A DNA stretch of 64,000 nt from Capsulimonadaceae bacterium (lineage in GTDB: Bacteria; Armatimonadota; Armatimonadia; Armatimonadales; Capsulimonadaceae): positions 3,648,001 to 3,712,000 of the forward strand of contig OZ244065.1 of NCBI GenBank assembly GCA_965215505.1. Reading direction: 5' to 3'. A program made the position numbers and the translations under genes. The notes under the pieces were generated by a model. The model made no database searches and was not told where the DNA came from. It worked only from the letters and a program-made list of their open reading frames with translations. Positions 28,029-37,012 of this stretch are shown one piece after another (the first letter of the stretch is position 1; each line of letters opens with the position of its first letter).

Positions 28029-29810
28029 TCACCTGCGGGTGATCAGGACATCCAGGCCGGTGGTCTGACACTCATACCGCTCTGCGCGTCCCCAGCCGAC
28101 GACGAAATAGAGGCGGTCCCCCCGCACCACACGCACCTGGCGGGAGAGGATGAGTGGCCGGGACGGAGAAACGTCGCGGCTCGTCAGAGACACGCCGTTC
28201 AGAAAGAGGTGTGCGTCCGTCGCCGTCAGCCCGTTCACGTCAAGCCCGGAAAACTCCGCGTCGATCCGGTATCCTCCGGCCTCGGGGGCGGTCCAGCAGA
28301 CGGCCGCGTATTCCCCACGAGGGCCTGGATGCAGGGAAACCTGGTTAGGCTGCCAGGTCAGGCCGATCTGGCTGATGCGTCCGCCGCTCATGTTCTTTAG
28401 CACAGTCGGATCGGTCCATGCCGGATCGTGCCAGCAGACGAGACCGTTCGACCCCTGCCTGTGGATCTGGAACGGCCGGAACGTCTCCGGGATGGGCGTC
28501 GGCCCTGGGTCCATCGATCCGTAGGCCCACGCCCCGCTCGGGTTCTCGTAAATGGAGAAGTCCGCGACCAGGCCGTGGACCTCCTCGGGACCGCTCGCGT
28601 GGCGCAGAGAGCGGGTGAGCAGGAACCGCCGGTGGGGGGTCAGGACAGCGGGGGCCAGCAGCGCAAGGCCCAGGCCGCCCGCCAGCAGTCCCCAGGAGCG
28701 CGCCGGGCGGGCGTCGGGTGGGCGGGCCGACGAGGTCAGCCCGCCGAGCCGGCGGACGGCGTCGGCGAAGTCGCGTTCCGCGGCGAGGGCCAGCCCGCTG
28801 CGCCTTGCGAAGACCGTCAGCGCCGGCCCGGCGTCCTGGTCGGAGACGATCATCTCCCGCATGCGCTCCTGGGCGCAGCAGCGTACCTTCCGCTCCAGGT
28901 CCCCGACCGGCAGGCATTGCCAGCGTCCATCGTAGCGTCCATCGTCCGGTGCCCCTTCTGCGCCGAGCGCGAATGAGGCCGCCACGCCCTCGGCGGAGAG
29001 CGCCCTGGCCGGTCCGTGCCGCAGGAGGTATAGGCCCAGCGCCAGGGCGCCCGCCCCGGAGCCGCCCCGCAGGACGAACTCCCGCAGGAAGATTTCGTGT
29101 TCGGGCCGGACCGGCTCGATGCGAACGCTCACGTCAGGGGAGGGGCCGTCACTTGCCGCCACGAGCGACCGGACGGCCGCGGCAGCCCGGCGGAAGACGG
29201 CACCGAAGTCGGCGTCCAGGCAGCGGACCGTCAGCTGCTCTGGATGTGGGAACACCTGACCGCAGGCCGTCGGACACGCCTCCAGGACGAACTCGGCCAG
29301 CACTTGATCTGTTTCCTCGCCGTCCACGATCGCCGCCTCGGAGAGGATCAGAGGGAACCGGAAGCGGGCCGACCGTCGGCCCCTTTCCGTCCGGCCGCTC
29401 CCGAGACGCGGCGGCGTACTCAAATAGGCGGTCAGGCTCTGCCAGAAGGCGTCCGGCAGCCAGGGCCACGGGCCGGCGGTGCCGCAGCGCAGCTCGTCGG
29501 CGATCAGCAGGGCGTCCGCGCCGCGCGCCAGTGCGCCGGCGGCCGTGACCAGGGTCCGCAGCCAGAAGGCGAGCCAGACGGCGGTCTCGGGGCTTCCGCT
29601 CTCCGCCAGCGCTTCACCCGCCGGGCCGTCCAGCCAGGAGAGCCATCTGTCGAACGTCTCGGCCGGGGCTTTAGCCAGAACCGCGTTCCGGCACGCCGCC
29701 GGCATCCGCGGCGGAATTCGCTCCCGCCACTCCAGGACGCGCGTCAGGCGGTCCGGTTCGTTGGTCAGTTTCTCCGTGCTTGTGTATAGATCGTCCAGCG
29801 AACAGTTCAC
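28029..29810 (-). CDS. Membrane-anchored Lon-like (S16) protease-domain protein with C-terminal extracytoplasmic domain
   Basis: LRGGSGAGALAL..VAASFAL..LPVGDLERK resembles the Lon Ser-Lys dyad; no AAA motif; TM WGLLAGGLGLALLA; beta-rich C-domain. Confidence 0.65.
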   Translation of the reverse strand: MNCSLDDLYTSTEKLTNEPDRLTRVLEWRERIPPRMPAACRNAVLAKAPAETFDRWLSWLDGPAGEALAESGSPETAVWLAFWLRTLVTAAGALARGADALLIADELRCGTAGPWPWLPDAFWQSLTAYLSTPPRLGSGRTERGRRSARFRFPLILSEAAIVDGEETDQVLAEFVLEACPTACGQVFPHPEQLTVRCLDADFGAVFRRAAAAVRSLVAASDGPSPDVSVRIEPVRPEHEIFLREFVLRGGSGAGALALGLYLLRHGPARALSAEGVAASFALGAEGAPDDGRYDGRWQCLPVGDLERKVRCCAQERMREMIVSDQDAGPALTVFARRSGLALAAERDFADAVRRLGGLTSSARPPDARPARSWGLLAGGLGLALLAPAVLTPHRRFLLTRSLRHASGPEEVHGLVADFSIYENPSGAWAYGSMDPGPTPIPETFRPFQIHRQGSNGLVCWHDPAWTDPTVLKNMSGGRISQIGLTWQPNQVSLHPGPRGEYAAVCWTAPEAGGYRIDAEFSGLDVNGLTATDAHLFLNGVSLTSRDVSPSRPLILSRQVRVVRGDRLYFVVGWGRAERYECQTTGLDVLITRR

Positions 29811-29883
29811 GCGTGCCTCTCCGTGCAGGGAAGATCGAGCTAGGGAAGAGCGAGATCACTAGGGAGGATGCAGATCACGTCCG

Positions 29884-30621
29884 TCAGCCCGTCTCGTGAC
29901 CGTCCGGCGATGCCGGGCTGGCCGCCTCCGGCAGCAGTTCGGCCGCCAGCGCGCTCTGATCCGTCAGCGCGTGCGCGCGCTCGAGAGTTCCCAGGAGCGT
30001 CAGGACGCCGACGCCGATGTTCTTGTGGAGCAGCGGCTGCGGCGCGGCGGGGTCGGTGATCGTCAGGTGTACCAGCCGCCCGGCGAACTCGGCCGCCTCG
30101 GCCGGCGAGACCGTCTCGATCTTGGCGTGGTACTCCCGCCCATGACGCTGTAAGAGCGTGCCCGTCAAACGGCCGTCGGAGCCGGCCACGGGGAACGTCA
30201 CCGTCCGGGTCTCGTCGCCGGACGCGAACGCCCCGGCCCGTGGGGCGAGCGCCCCGAGCGGCATCCGCAGCGCCTCGCGCAGTCCCTCCAGCCAGCCGCC
30301 AGCTTCCTGAGCTTCCTGCGGCGGCCGCCCCGCTTCGGGGCTTTCCCGAGCGCCGTCCCGGCGCTCCGCCCGCACCCGCCCGGCCAGCCGGTAGGTCTGC
30401 CGCCACCGGCCGTACTCCGATCGGCAGTACGCGCAGGCCGTGACGTGGGCCTGAATGCCCCCGGCCCGTGGGTGCCCTGACCCCTGCTCGATCCAGTCGA
30501 GCATTTCGACGGGGTCGGGGCATTCGGGCGTACATGTGCCCCCCTCCCCGCCGAGGGCCTCCGCGATGGCTGGGCCAAGCGGTTCCCGGTCGTCCCCGCG
30601 CGCCCGCGTGTGTTTCTGCAT
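29884..30621 (-). CDS. Soluble zinc-binding (zf-HC2/ZAS) anti-sigma factor
   Basis: ECPD..HVTACAYC (Hx3Cx2C); no TM; directly after the ECF gene. Confidence 0.8.
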   Translation of the reverse strand: MQKHTRARGDDREPLGPAIAEALGGEGGTCTPECPDPVEMLDWIEQGSGHPRAGGIQAHVTACAYCRSEYGRWRQTYRLAGRVRAERRDGARESPEAGRPPQEAQEAGGWLEGLREALRMPLGALAPRAGAFASGDETRTVTFPVAGSDGRLTGTLLQRHGREYHAKIETVSPAEAAEFAGRLVHLTITDPAAPQPLLHKNIGVGVLTLLGTLERAHALTDQSALAAELLPEAASPASPDGHETG

Positions 30622-30696
30622 TGCAGCCTTTCCGAATTACAGCCTTCCCGATGCGCTCGGCGATCCTCTCGCGCGGGGGACAGTCATCCTAAAACT

Positions 30697-30726
30697 AAGA
30701 CGGACGCAATGTTGCGATTCGTTACA
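30697..30726 (-). promoter_or_regulatory. ECF-type promoter overlapping the sigma stop codon
   Basis: TGTAACG-N18-GTCTT; same architecture as 31394-31423. Confidence 0.6.
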
Positions 30727-31336
30727 GCCCCGCCCCTTCCGCCGGCCCGAGACACCGGGCGGCGGCCTCTCGGACGGCGGGCAGTGCGCGGGACTTGCGG
30801 ACCCGCACCGCGCCCGGCTCCATGCCGAGCTGCTTACCGATCTCCTCCGCCGTCATCTCCAGGGTGTAGGCGCAGTAGAGGATGAAGCAAGTCTCGGGCG
30901 TGAGCGTCTCCCGCAGGACGGCCCAGAAGCCGTCGATCCCCGCCTGCTCCAGTGCCCCCGCCTCCGGGCTGGGGCGCGCGGCCACCCCGCCCCCGCACTC
31001 GAGCTCGTCCAGGCTGACGGCGGCGGGGCCGGCGCGCAGGCGTGCCCGCAGCAGGTCGTCGCAGGCATGGCGGGCGATGACGGCCAGCCACGGGCGGATC
31101 TTGCCTGCGTCCTGGAGCGTGTGGAGGCGGCAACTGGCCCGCAGGAGTGCCTCCTGGGCGGCGTCGGCGGCCTCGTCGGGGTCGAGGAAGCGGCGGCAAA
31201 GGGCCTCGACGTAGCCCCGATGCTCCTCAAGCACGCGGCCGATGACCGCCCGCCTCTGGTCTGCCTGCCTTTCCCCGCCGGCCCGGTCCTTCCCCGAATG
31301 CCCTTGGTCCTGATGCGCCATGTCTGCCCCGTACAC
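30722..31336 (-). CDS. ECF RNA polymerase sigma factor
   Basis: EAADAAQEALL, WLAVIARH..D (region 2); EEIGKQLGMEPGAVRVRKSRA (region 4). Confidence 0.9.
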   Translation of the reverse strand: MYGADMAHQDQGHSGKDRAGGERQADQRRAVIGRVLEEHRGYVEALCRRFLDPDEAADAAQEALLRASCRLHTLQDAGKIRPWLAVIARHACDDLLRARLRAGPAAVSLDELECGGGVAARPSPEAGALEQAGIDGFWAVLRETLTPETCFILYCAYTLEMTAEEIGKQLGMEPGAVRVRKSRALPAVREAAARCLGPAEGAGL

Positions 31337-31393
31337 ACGCCCTTTCCTGAGAATGAACAGCCTGAGACTATTCTACACCAAAATTCGGCGCGA

Positions 31394-31423
31394 TGTAACG
31401 CTCCAGGCAAAAATGGCAGTCTA
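31394..31423 (+). promoter_or_regulatory. ECF-type promoter of the lipoprotein operon
   Basis: TGTAACG-N18-GTCTA. Confidence 0.6.
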
Positions 31424-31522
31424 CCACTGTGACGATGGATCTCATAAGACGACGCATCTCATCGCCCGCCCCGAAGCATGATCGTTAGCTTAGATCAATC
31501 ACCTGATCCAAAGGAGTTTCTT

Positions 31523-33097
31523 ATGCGCCAGGAAAAGTCGGAAGCGACATATGCCGAGGCCGTTGCGCGGCTAGTCCGTCAGGATGTGAGCCGCCGCGAG
31601 TTCCTGCGCGCCCTCTCGGGCGGCGCGCTTGTCTTCGCCGCCGGTGGCCTGCTCGCCGGCTGCGGCGGGGGTGGAGGTGGGGGAAACTCCTCGGGCACAG
31701 GGCAGGCGGTTAGCACTCGCGTCATGTCCGCTACAGTCAATACTCAAGAGATCGGCGGCAGTGGGCTTGTAATCCAGTCGGGTCTTCAGGCTGCATCCCC
31801 ACTATCTGCCTCTGGTGCATTCACAACAAAAACCTCGCAGCAAGGAGCGCAACTGCTGAGTGTTGCTGATGGGGCTGGGAAAATTCGGGGGCTTATGATC
31901 GCGGTCCCTGCCGGAACGGCTAACTCGGCACGCCCAAAGGCAACCGGCTCGGCTGATCCAAGAGCGACTGATTCTACGCAGATTGACGCGGCATCCACTG
32001 CCTTTGCCCTCGTCTTCCTCACCCCCGGTATTCTATCCACGTCTCCTGGGGAGGCCGCAACACGGTTAGCAGAGATCGGGTCCCTGTCTTCCTTCGTCGC
32101 ACTCGTGACGTTCCTTCAGCAGAACCTGTCGGGTACCGCACTTTCAGATCTGGCCCAGAACACGATCCTGGATGGTCTTAAGGCAAACTGCATCAATGAC
32201 TGGGTTAACAGCCAGTTACATGCCTCTGTCATCAGTCCTACGAAGCCACACACCGCTGCCACACAAGCTCATTTCGACGCGACCTATGGCCCCGGCTTCG
32301 GCTCAGGCAATACATCCCCCGTTATTCTGACCAACGGCGCCTGGCGGTTTGTCAGCGTCGTTCGACAGGAATTCGATCCGGCCAGTGTGTTGCTAATCCC
32401 GCCGGACACGTCTAAGGCTACCCTTTCGCACGGTGACAGTACCCTGGGCGGTGCGACCGCCCTGACGTGGGGATCGGTCTTTACTGCCACCGCTGGCGCA
32501 CCCGGCAAAGATACGGGACAGGCTGATCTGTCAAACCCGCATGTCGCCTCCCTAAAATATTGGGCATACGGTCCAGGCCGACAGTCGCTCTCCGATCCCG
32601 ATGCCCCCAGCACACAGTACTTCGAAACCAATAGAGTGGGCTTTTACACCTTTTGGTATTACGTTATGTCTCCGTTCTTAGACATTGTCGTAGGTGGATT
32701 GGGGATTTTTGCCAAGGGCGTTACCTTGCTAAAGGCTACTGCCGATGGAACAGGGGTCGTCTGGGGAGTCGCCGGAAACACCCTGAATTCTGCGGGTCTA
32801 CTTTCAGCCTTGAGCGAGGGCAACCGTGGTGACGCAGTGGCAGCAGGAGTGGACCTGGGGCTTGGCTGTCTCGGGCTGCTCGACACCATCCTCGGCGTCC
32901 TTGTCGAGGCCGAGGCGCTTGGCGCAGTCGGACTTGTTGCCTCGGAGGTTATTGGGGCTATCGCATTGTTTGCGGGAGTCCTCGCTGCGGCGTTTAGTGC
33001 CGCGAACCTTTCTATAGCCGTCGCGCAATGGCTGCTCTTACCCCAGGTCGCCAGTGTCGAATTGCCGTTAAGCAAAGGCACCATTACGGTCGGCTGA
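31523..33097 (+). CDS. Tat-exported lipoprotein with long hydrophobic C-terminal region
   Basis: AAGGAG RBS; SRREFL + LLAGC lipobox; Gly/Ala/Leu-rich C-terminal helices. Confidence 0.8.
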   Translation: MRQEKSEATYAEAVARLVRQDVSRREFLRALSGGALVFAAGGLLAGCGGGGGGGNSSGTGQAVSTRVMSATVNTQEIGGSGLVIQSGLQAASPLSASGAFTTKTSQQGAQLLSVADGAGKIRGLMIAVPAGTANSARPKATGSADPRATDSTQIDAASTAFALVFLTPGILSTSPGEAATRLAEIGSLSSFVALVTFLQQNLSGTALSDLAQNTILDGLKANCINDWVNSQLHASVISPTKPHTAATQAHFDATYGPGFGSGNTSPVILTNGAWRFVSVVRQEFDPASVLLIPPDTSKATLSHGDSTLGGATALTWGSVFTATAGAPGKDTGQADLSNPHVASLKYWAYGPGRQSLSDPDAPSTQYFETNRVGFYTFWYYVMSPFLDIVVGGLGIFAKGVTLLKATADGTGVVWGVAGNTLNSAGLLSALSEGNRGDAVAAGVDLGLGCLGLLDTILGVLVEAEALGAVGLVASEVIGAIALFAGVLAAAFSAANLSIAVAQWLLLPQVASVELPLSKGTITVG

Positions 33098-33131
33098 CTA
33101 TCCCGCGCTATCCCCAGGAGTATGCGTAGCA

Positions 33132-34559
33132 ATGACCACACGAAATCAAGCAAGCAATATCAGTCGGCGCGCGTTTCTGCGCGCCCTCTCCGGCGGCGCG
33201 TTCGTCCTTGCCTCCGGCAGCCTGCTCGCCGGCTGTGGCGGTGCGGGCAACAGCTCCGGCTCCACGGGGAAGGCGGGGGCCGCCCCGAGCGGCACGACAG
33301 CCCCCGGCGGCACGACAGCCCCGCCGGCCATCACAGGCTCGGCCCGCGCCACCGTCCACATCACCTGGCCGAAGCCTAAAACCGCCGGCTCCGTCCGATC
33401 CCGCCTGATCCCGGCCGCCTCCAATGCCATTAAGATCGACATCAAGAATGGCGCGACGCCGGTCGCCAGCGCAGTCATCGCCACGCCCAGCCCATCCCAC
33501 ACCTTCGACGCCCTACCCGTCGGCAGCCTCACCGTCATCTGCACGGCCTACCCCGACGCCACCGCTGCGGGCGTCGCCCAGGCCACCGGCGTGGGCACCC
33601 TAGTGACGCAGGCCGGGCAGACGGCGACGCTGACGGTGACGATGGACAGCACCGTAGACCACCTTTCCATCGCGCCGGTCACCGCGCCGGTCAGCGTCGG
33701 GGCCACCACGCAGCTTGCCGTCACCGCCTACGATGCCTCCGGGGCCATCGTCCTAGTTTCGCCATCCAAGTTCAAGTGGAGTTCGGACACGCCCTCCGTG
33801 GCGACGGTGGACGGCAGCGGCGTTGTAACGGGAATAGCGAATGGGACCGCCGGCATCATCGTCACGGACACGGATACCGACGCCGAATCGCAGAAGACCA
33901 GCCCCCCGGTCATCATCGCGGTGACTGACGCGAACAGCCTGGCAGGGACCTGGGTCGCCTGGTACGGCGACAACTCCGTTGGCAACCCACCCGGCGGTAT
34001 CCAGCTGTCCTTGTCCGAAGACAAGGACGGCAACGTCAGTGGTTCCGTTCTGTTCAATCACGCCATCGAGTCCCTCGAAGTGTCCGGAAAGCGCACCGGT
34101 TCGTCGTTCCAATTTCAGACACTTCCTCACGCTTCCGGCCCCGGCCAGGTTACCACATTCACCGGCGCGGTCTCCGCCGGAGGGCTTAGCGCCAGCGGCA
34201 CCGTGGCAGGCAGCGGAGGCGCCCTTGGCAATCAAACCGTGCCGTTGAACATGGTCCGCGATGGTCAGCCCGTCTTAGTCGTCCTGCAATGGCAGGGGGG
34301 CGGAGCCAGCGGCACTGTCACTCTGGCGGCCTCTGACGGAACCCCAGTGGCAGGCAGCGGAAGCATTACGGATGGCAAAGGGGAACTGACAACGTCCCTG
34401 CCGTCGGGCGATTATCGGGTCATCCTGAATTACACGTCTGACCGGGATTTTGGGTTTTCGACGAATGCCAGCGGCACGGTCGCTTTGACGCCGGACGACG
34501 GATACTTTCGGGGTTCGGCTGGTTCGGGCACGGACAGCATTGACATGAGGGTCGATTAA
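33132..34559 (+). CDS. Tat-exported lipoprotein with Big_2 Ig-like domain
   Basis: SRRAFL + LLAGC; WSSDTPSVATVDGSGVVTGIANGTA. Confidence 0.85.
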   Translation: MTTRNQASNISRRAFLRALSGGAFVLASGSLLAGCGGAGNSSGSTGKAGAAPSGTTAPGGTTAPPAITGSARATVHITWPKPKTAGSVRSRLIPAASNAIKIDIKNGATPVASAVIATPSPSHTFDALPVGSLTVICTAYPDATAAGVAQATGVGTLVTQAGQTATLTVTMDSTVDHLSIAPVTAPVSVGATTQLAVTAYDASGAIVLVSPSKFKWSSDTPSVATVDGSGVVTGIANGTAGIIVTDTDTDAESQKTSPPVIIAVTDANSLAGTWVAWYGDNSVGNPPGGIQLSLSEDKDGNVSGSVLFNHAIESLEVSGKRTGSSFQFQTLPHASGPGQVTTFTGAVSAGGLSASGTVAGSGGALGNQTVPLNMVRDGQPVLVVLQWQGGGASGTVTLAASDGTPVAGSGSITDGKGELTTSLPSGDYRVILNYTSDRDFGFSTNASGTVALTPDDGYFRGSAGSGTDSIDMRVD

Positions 34560-34673
34560 CGCGCCGGCGAGCGCCGTGACGTGTTCTACTCATAATCAAG
34601 GCATGCTTCTGAGGTGTTGCTGACGCATCTGAATAGCGGCAGCACAGCTCGTGCAGAGAGGAGAATAAAGTTT

Positions 34674-35315
34674 ATGTTCGGCAGCAGAAAACAGCGAGAC
34701 GACCAGCCAAGTCGCTTTCGATGCACATTCGGAGGTCTCCTGGTGATAGTGATCTGCGCGGCACTGATTTCGGCCGGCTGCGGAGGCGGGGGGGGAAGCA
34801 GCAGTAGCAGCGGCAGCAGCAACGGCACCATCGCGGCACCCACGGCTGCTGATCTCGTGGGGCACTGGATTCAAACGAGTATCGCCGGCTCGGGTCCCTT
34901 CGTGCAGGATAGTTCCCCTTGTCCCGGCAGCGTTCTTGGCGTGGCAAGCTGCGGCAGCAACGACAACATCCAGTTCAACAGCGATGGGACCTTCGTTCAT
35001 CAATTTGCGGACCGCACTGCCGGCTCCAAGAGCATCGAGATCGAACGCGGCACCTTTGTTTCCAGCGCGGACCCCGCCGAGAGCAGCGACAGCCTGTTGA
35101 CGCTCAACGTGACAGCCGGCGGTGCAGATACGAATGGCAATGGGATACTGGATGCCTCAGAAGTATCACCGAACTCGGCACATGTCACTTCGGGAAGTGT
35201 CACCATTGAGAACAGCGTGCTCCAGTTTGATTTCAGCCAAACGATCTTTCCGCCGGGAGGTATCAGTGAAACCGGCATCCCATTCACGGAATTCGATGAG
35301 TACAAGAAGCAGTAG
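34674..35315 (+). CDS. Lipoprotein, lipocalin-like
   Basis: GAGGAG RBS; ISAGC lipobox; LVGHW; DTNGNGILDASE Ca-binding-like loop. Confidence 0.7.
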   Translation: MFGSRKQRDDQPSRFRCTFGGLLVIVICAALISAGCGGGGGSSSSSGSSNGTIAAPTAADLVGHWIQTSIAGSGPFVQDSSPCPGSVLGVASCGSNDNIQFNSDGTFVHQFADRTAGSKSIEIERGTFVSSADPAESSDSLLTLNVTAGGADTNGNGILDASEVSPNSAHVTSGSVTIENSVLQFDFSQTIFPPGGISETGIPFTEFDEYKKQ

Positions 35316-35474
35316 AAGGACGACACGAAACAGAGCGGAAGCCCTGCAAGCGCCCCGCACTACCCCCGCCGCCGCACTGGCTACTGTCCTAATAACGGAG
35401 CAACCGCACCCGACCGAGACGCGGAGGGCAGGCAGTCAAGCCTGTATATCTCGTCCTTCAGAAAGGATCACTCT

Positions 35475-36146
35475 ATGCATCATCGATTACAACTCTGGAC
35501 GCTCTCAGCCCTGTCCGCCCTCTGTCTAGTTGCCGCCGGGCCGGCTCAGGCGCAGACCACGATCAATTTCGACAGCCTCACGGCAGGAGCACTGGCTAGC
35601 GGTGGCCTGGAGATCGTCGGGCCGACCTATTCCAGTCAGGGCTTCACCCTCACCCCCAAAACCGCCACCATCGGCGGGAAAAACCAATTCGACGCACTCG
35701 CCGGTAGCGACCCGACCTATGGAGACGGGGAGACCTCCCTATACACCGACGGCTCCACCACGCTGACCAAGGACGGAGGCGGGACATTCACCTTCAGTGG
35801 CATTGACCTGGGCCTCGTCCCCATTTTCGCCGGCAGGAAGGCGACCGCCCAGGTGATCTTCACCGGGACCAAAGCAGACAGCACCATAGTCACAGTGACA
35901 GACACCCTTTCCATCACCTCCGGCTACCAGACCTTTACGAATTTCGCAGGCTTCACGAACCTGACCTCACTTGTGTTTGCTCCCACGGCTGCGGGATCTA
36001 ATAACCCGCCCGAGTTCGACAACATCAAACTGGATCAGCCTGCCCCGGTCCCCGAGGCCTCCACGACGGCCTCCTTCGGCCTCCTGCTGGCTCTGGGGAT
36101 GGGTGGCCTCGTAATCGCCGTCAAGCGCAAGAAGGCCGTGGCCTGA
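35475..36146 (+). CDS. PEP-CTERM surface protein
   Basis: Signal peptide; TINFD; PVPEASTTASFGLLLALG..KRKK. Confidence 0.9.
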   Translation: MHHRLQLWTLSALSALCLVAAGPAQAQTTINFDSLTAGALASGGLEIVGPTYSSQGFTLTPKTATIGGKNQFDALAGSDPTYGDGETSLYTDGSTTLTKDGGGTFTFSGIDLGLVPIFAGRKATAQVIFTGTKADSTIVTVTDTLSITSGYQTFTNFAGFTNLTSLVFAPTAAGSNNPPEFDNIKLDQPAPVPEASTTASFGLLLALGMGGLVIAVKRKKAVA

Positions 36147-36267
36147 CACGACAGGCGCGGGTGAGTGATCTCCTCCGCACCGTCTTGCGTCTCTGGGAGC
36201 GGCCCGTACCTGGCGCGGGGGCGATCCGACTCTCAGAGTTTTGAATCTCTATGCCTGATAGGAATAC

Positions 36268-36284
36268 TTGGTATTGTTTATGCA
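36268..36284 (+). promoter_or_regulatory. sigma54 -24/-12 promoter
   Basis: TTGGTATTGTTTATGCA (GG-N10-GC). Confidence 0.6.
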
Positions 36285-36399
36285 GGCAAAAAAATACCGG
36301 CGTCCCGCACGACCCCCGCCGCCGCACTGGCTACCCGGAGGGCAGGCACTCGGGCCATTTCTTATCCTTCTTTCACCGTTTCACAGAAAGGTACACACC

Positions 36400-37002
36400 A
36401 TGCAGAAGACCCGCCACACAACCCCGCGACCCGCCACACTGATCGCTCTGGCCCTCGCCGCCGGCTTGGCCGCACTCCTCCACGCCCCCGCCCACGCCCA
36501 GGACCTCAACGGCCAGCCCGTCAATGTGGCCCTTGAGAGTTCGAAAACGCCCGTCCCCAGTGGTGCCGGCACACAGACCATCATCACCTCCGGCAACACG
36601 TTCACAAATGGTTTCGGCGTCTTTACTTTCGTCACGCCGGCGCAGATTAAGTTCTCCGCGGCACCGGGCGTCTTTTCCGCCGGCTTTTCCGGCATCGGCT
36701 TTTTCGGCAACGTCGTCTCGGAGGAAGGCGCCTCCCCGAGCACCATCTCCGGCGTCACGCTTGACCCCGCTTCCACGGTGGCCGGCTTCACCACCAGCAA
36801 CATCAGCTTTGACGCCAAGGACGTATTCGCCGACTTCAACGGCATCACTTTCCGGCAAGGCCAGAACGTGACGCTCAACCTGAGCTTCGCGCCCGCCGCC
36901 GTCCCCGAACCCTCCCCGACCCTCACGTTCGCCGTGGCGGGCCTGGGCCTCGGCGGCCTGGTGGTCGTGGCGCGGCGCAGGAAGGGCGTCAGGCCTGCCT
37001 AG
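36400..37002 (+). CDS. PEP-CTERM surface protein
   Basis: AAAGG RBS; signal peptide AHA; AVPEPS + TM + RRRK. Confidence 0.9.
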   Translation: MQKTRHTTPRPATLIALALAAGLAALLHAPAHAQDLNGQPVNVALESSKTPVPSGAGTQTIITSGNTFTNGFGVFTFVTPAQIKFSAAPGVFSAGFSGIGFFGNVVSEEGASPSTISGVTLDPASTVAGFTTSNISFDAKDVFADFNGITFRQGQNVTLNLSFAPAAVPEPSPTLTFAVAGLGLGGLVVVARRRKGVRPA

Positions 37003-37012
37003 CTCGCCCCCT

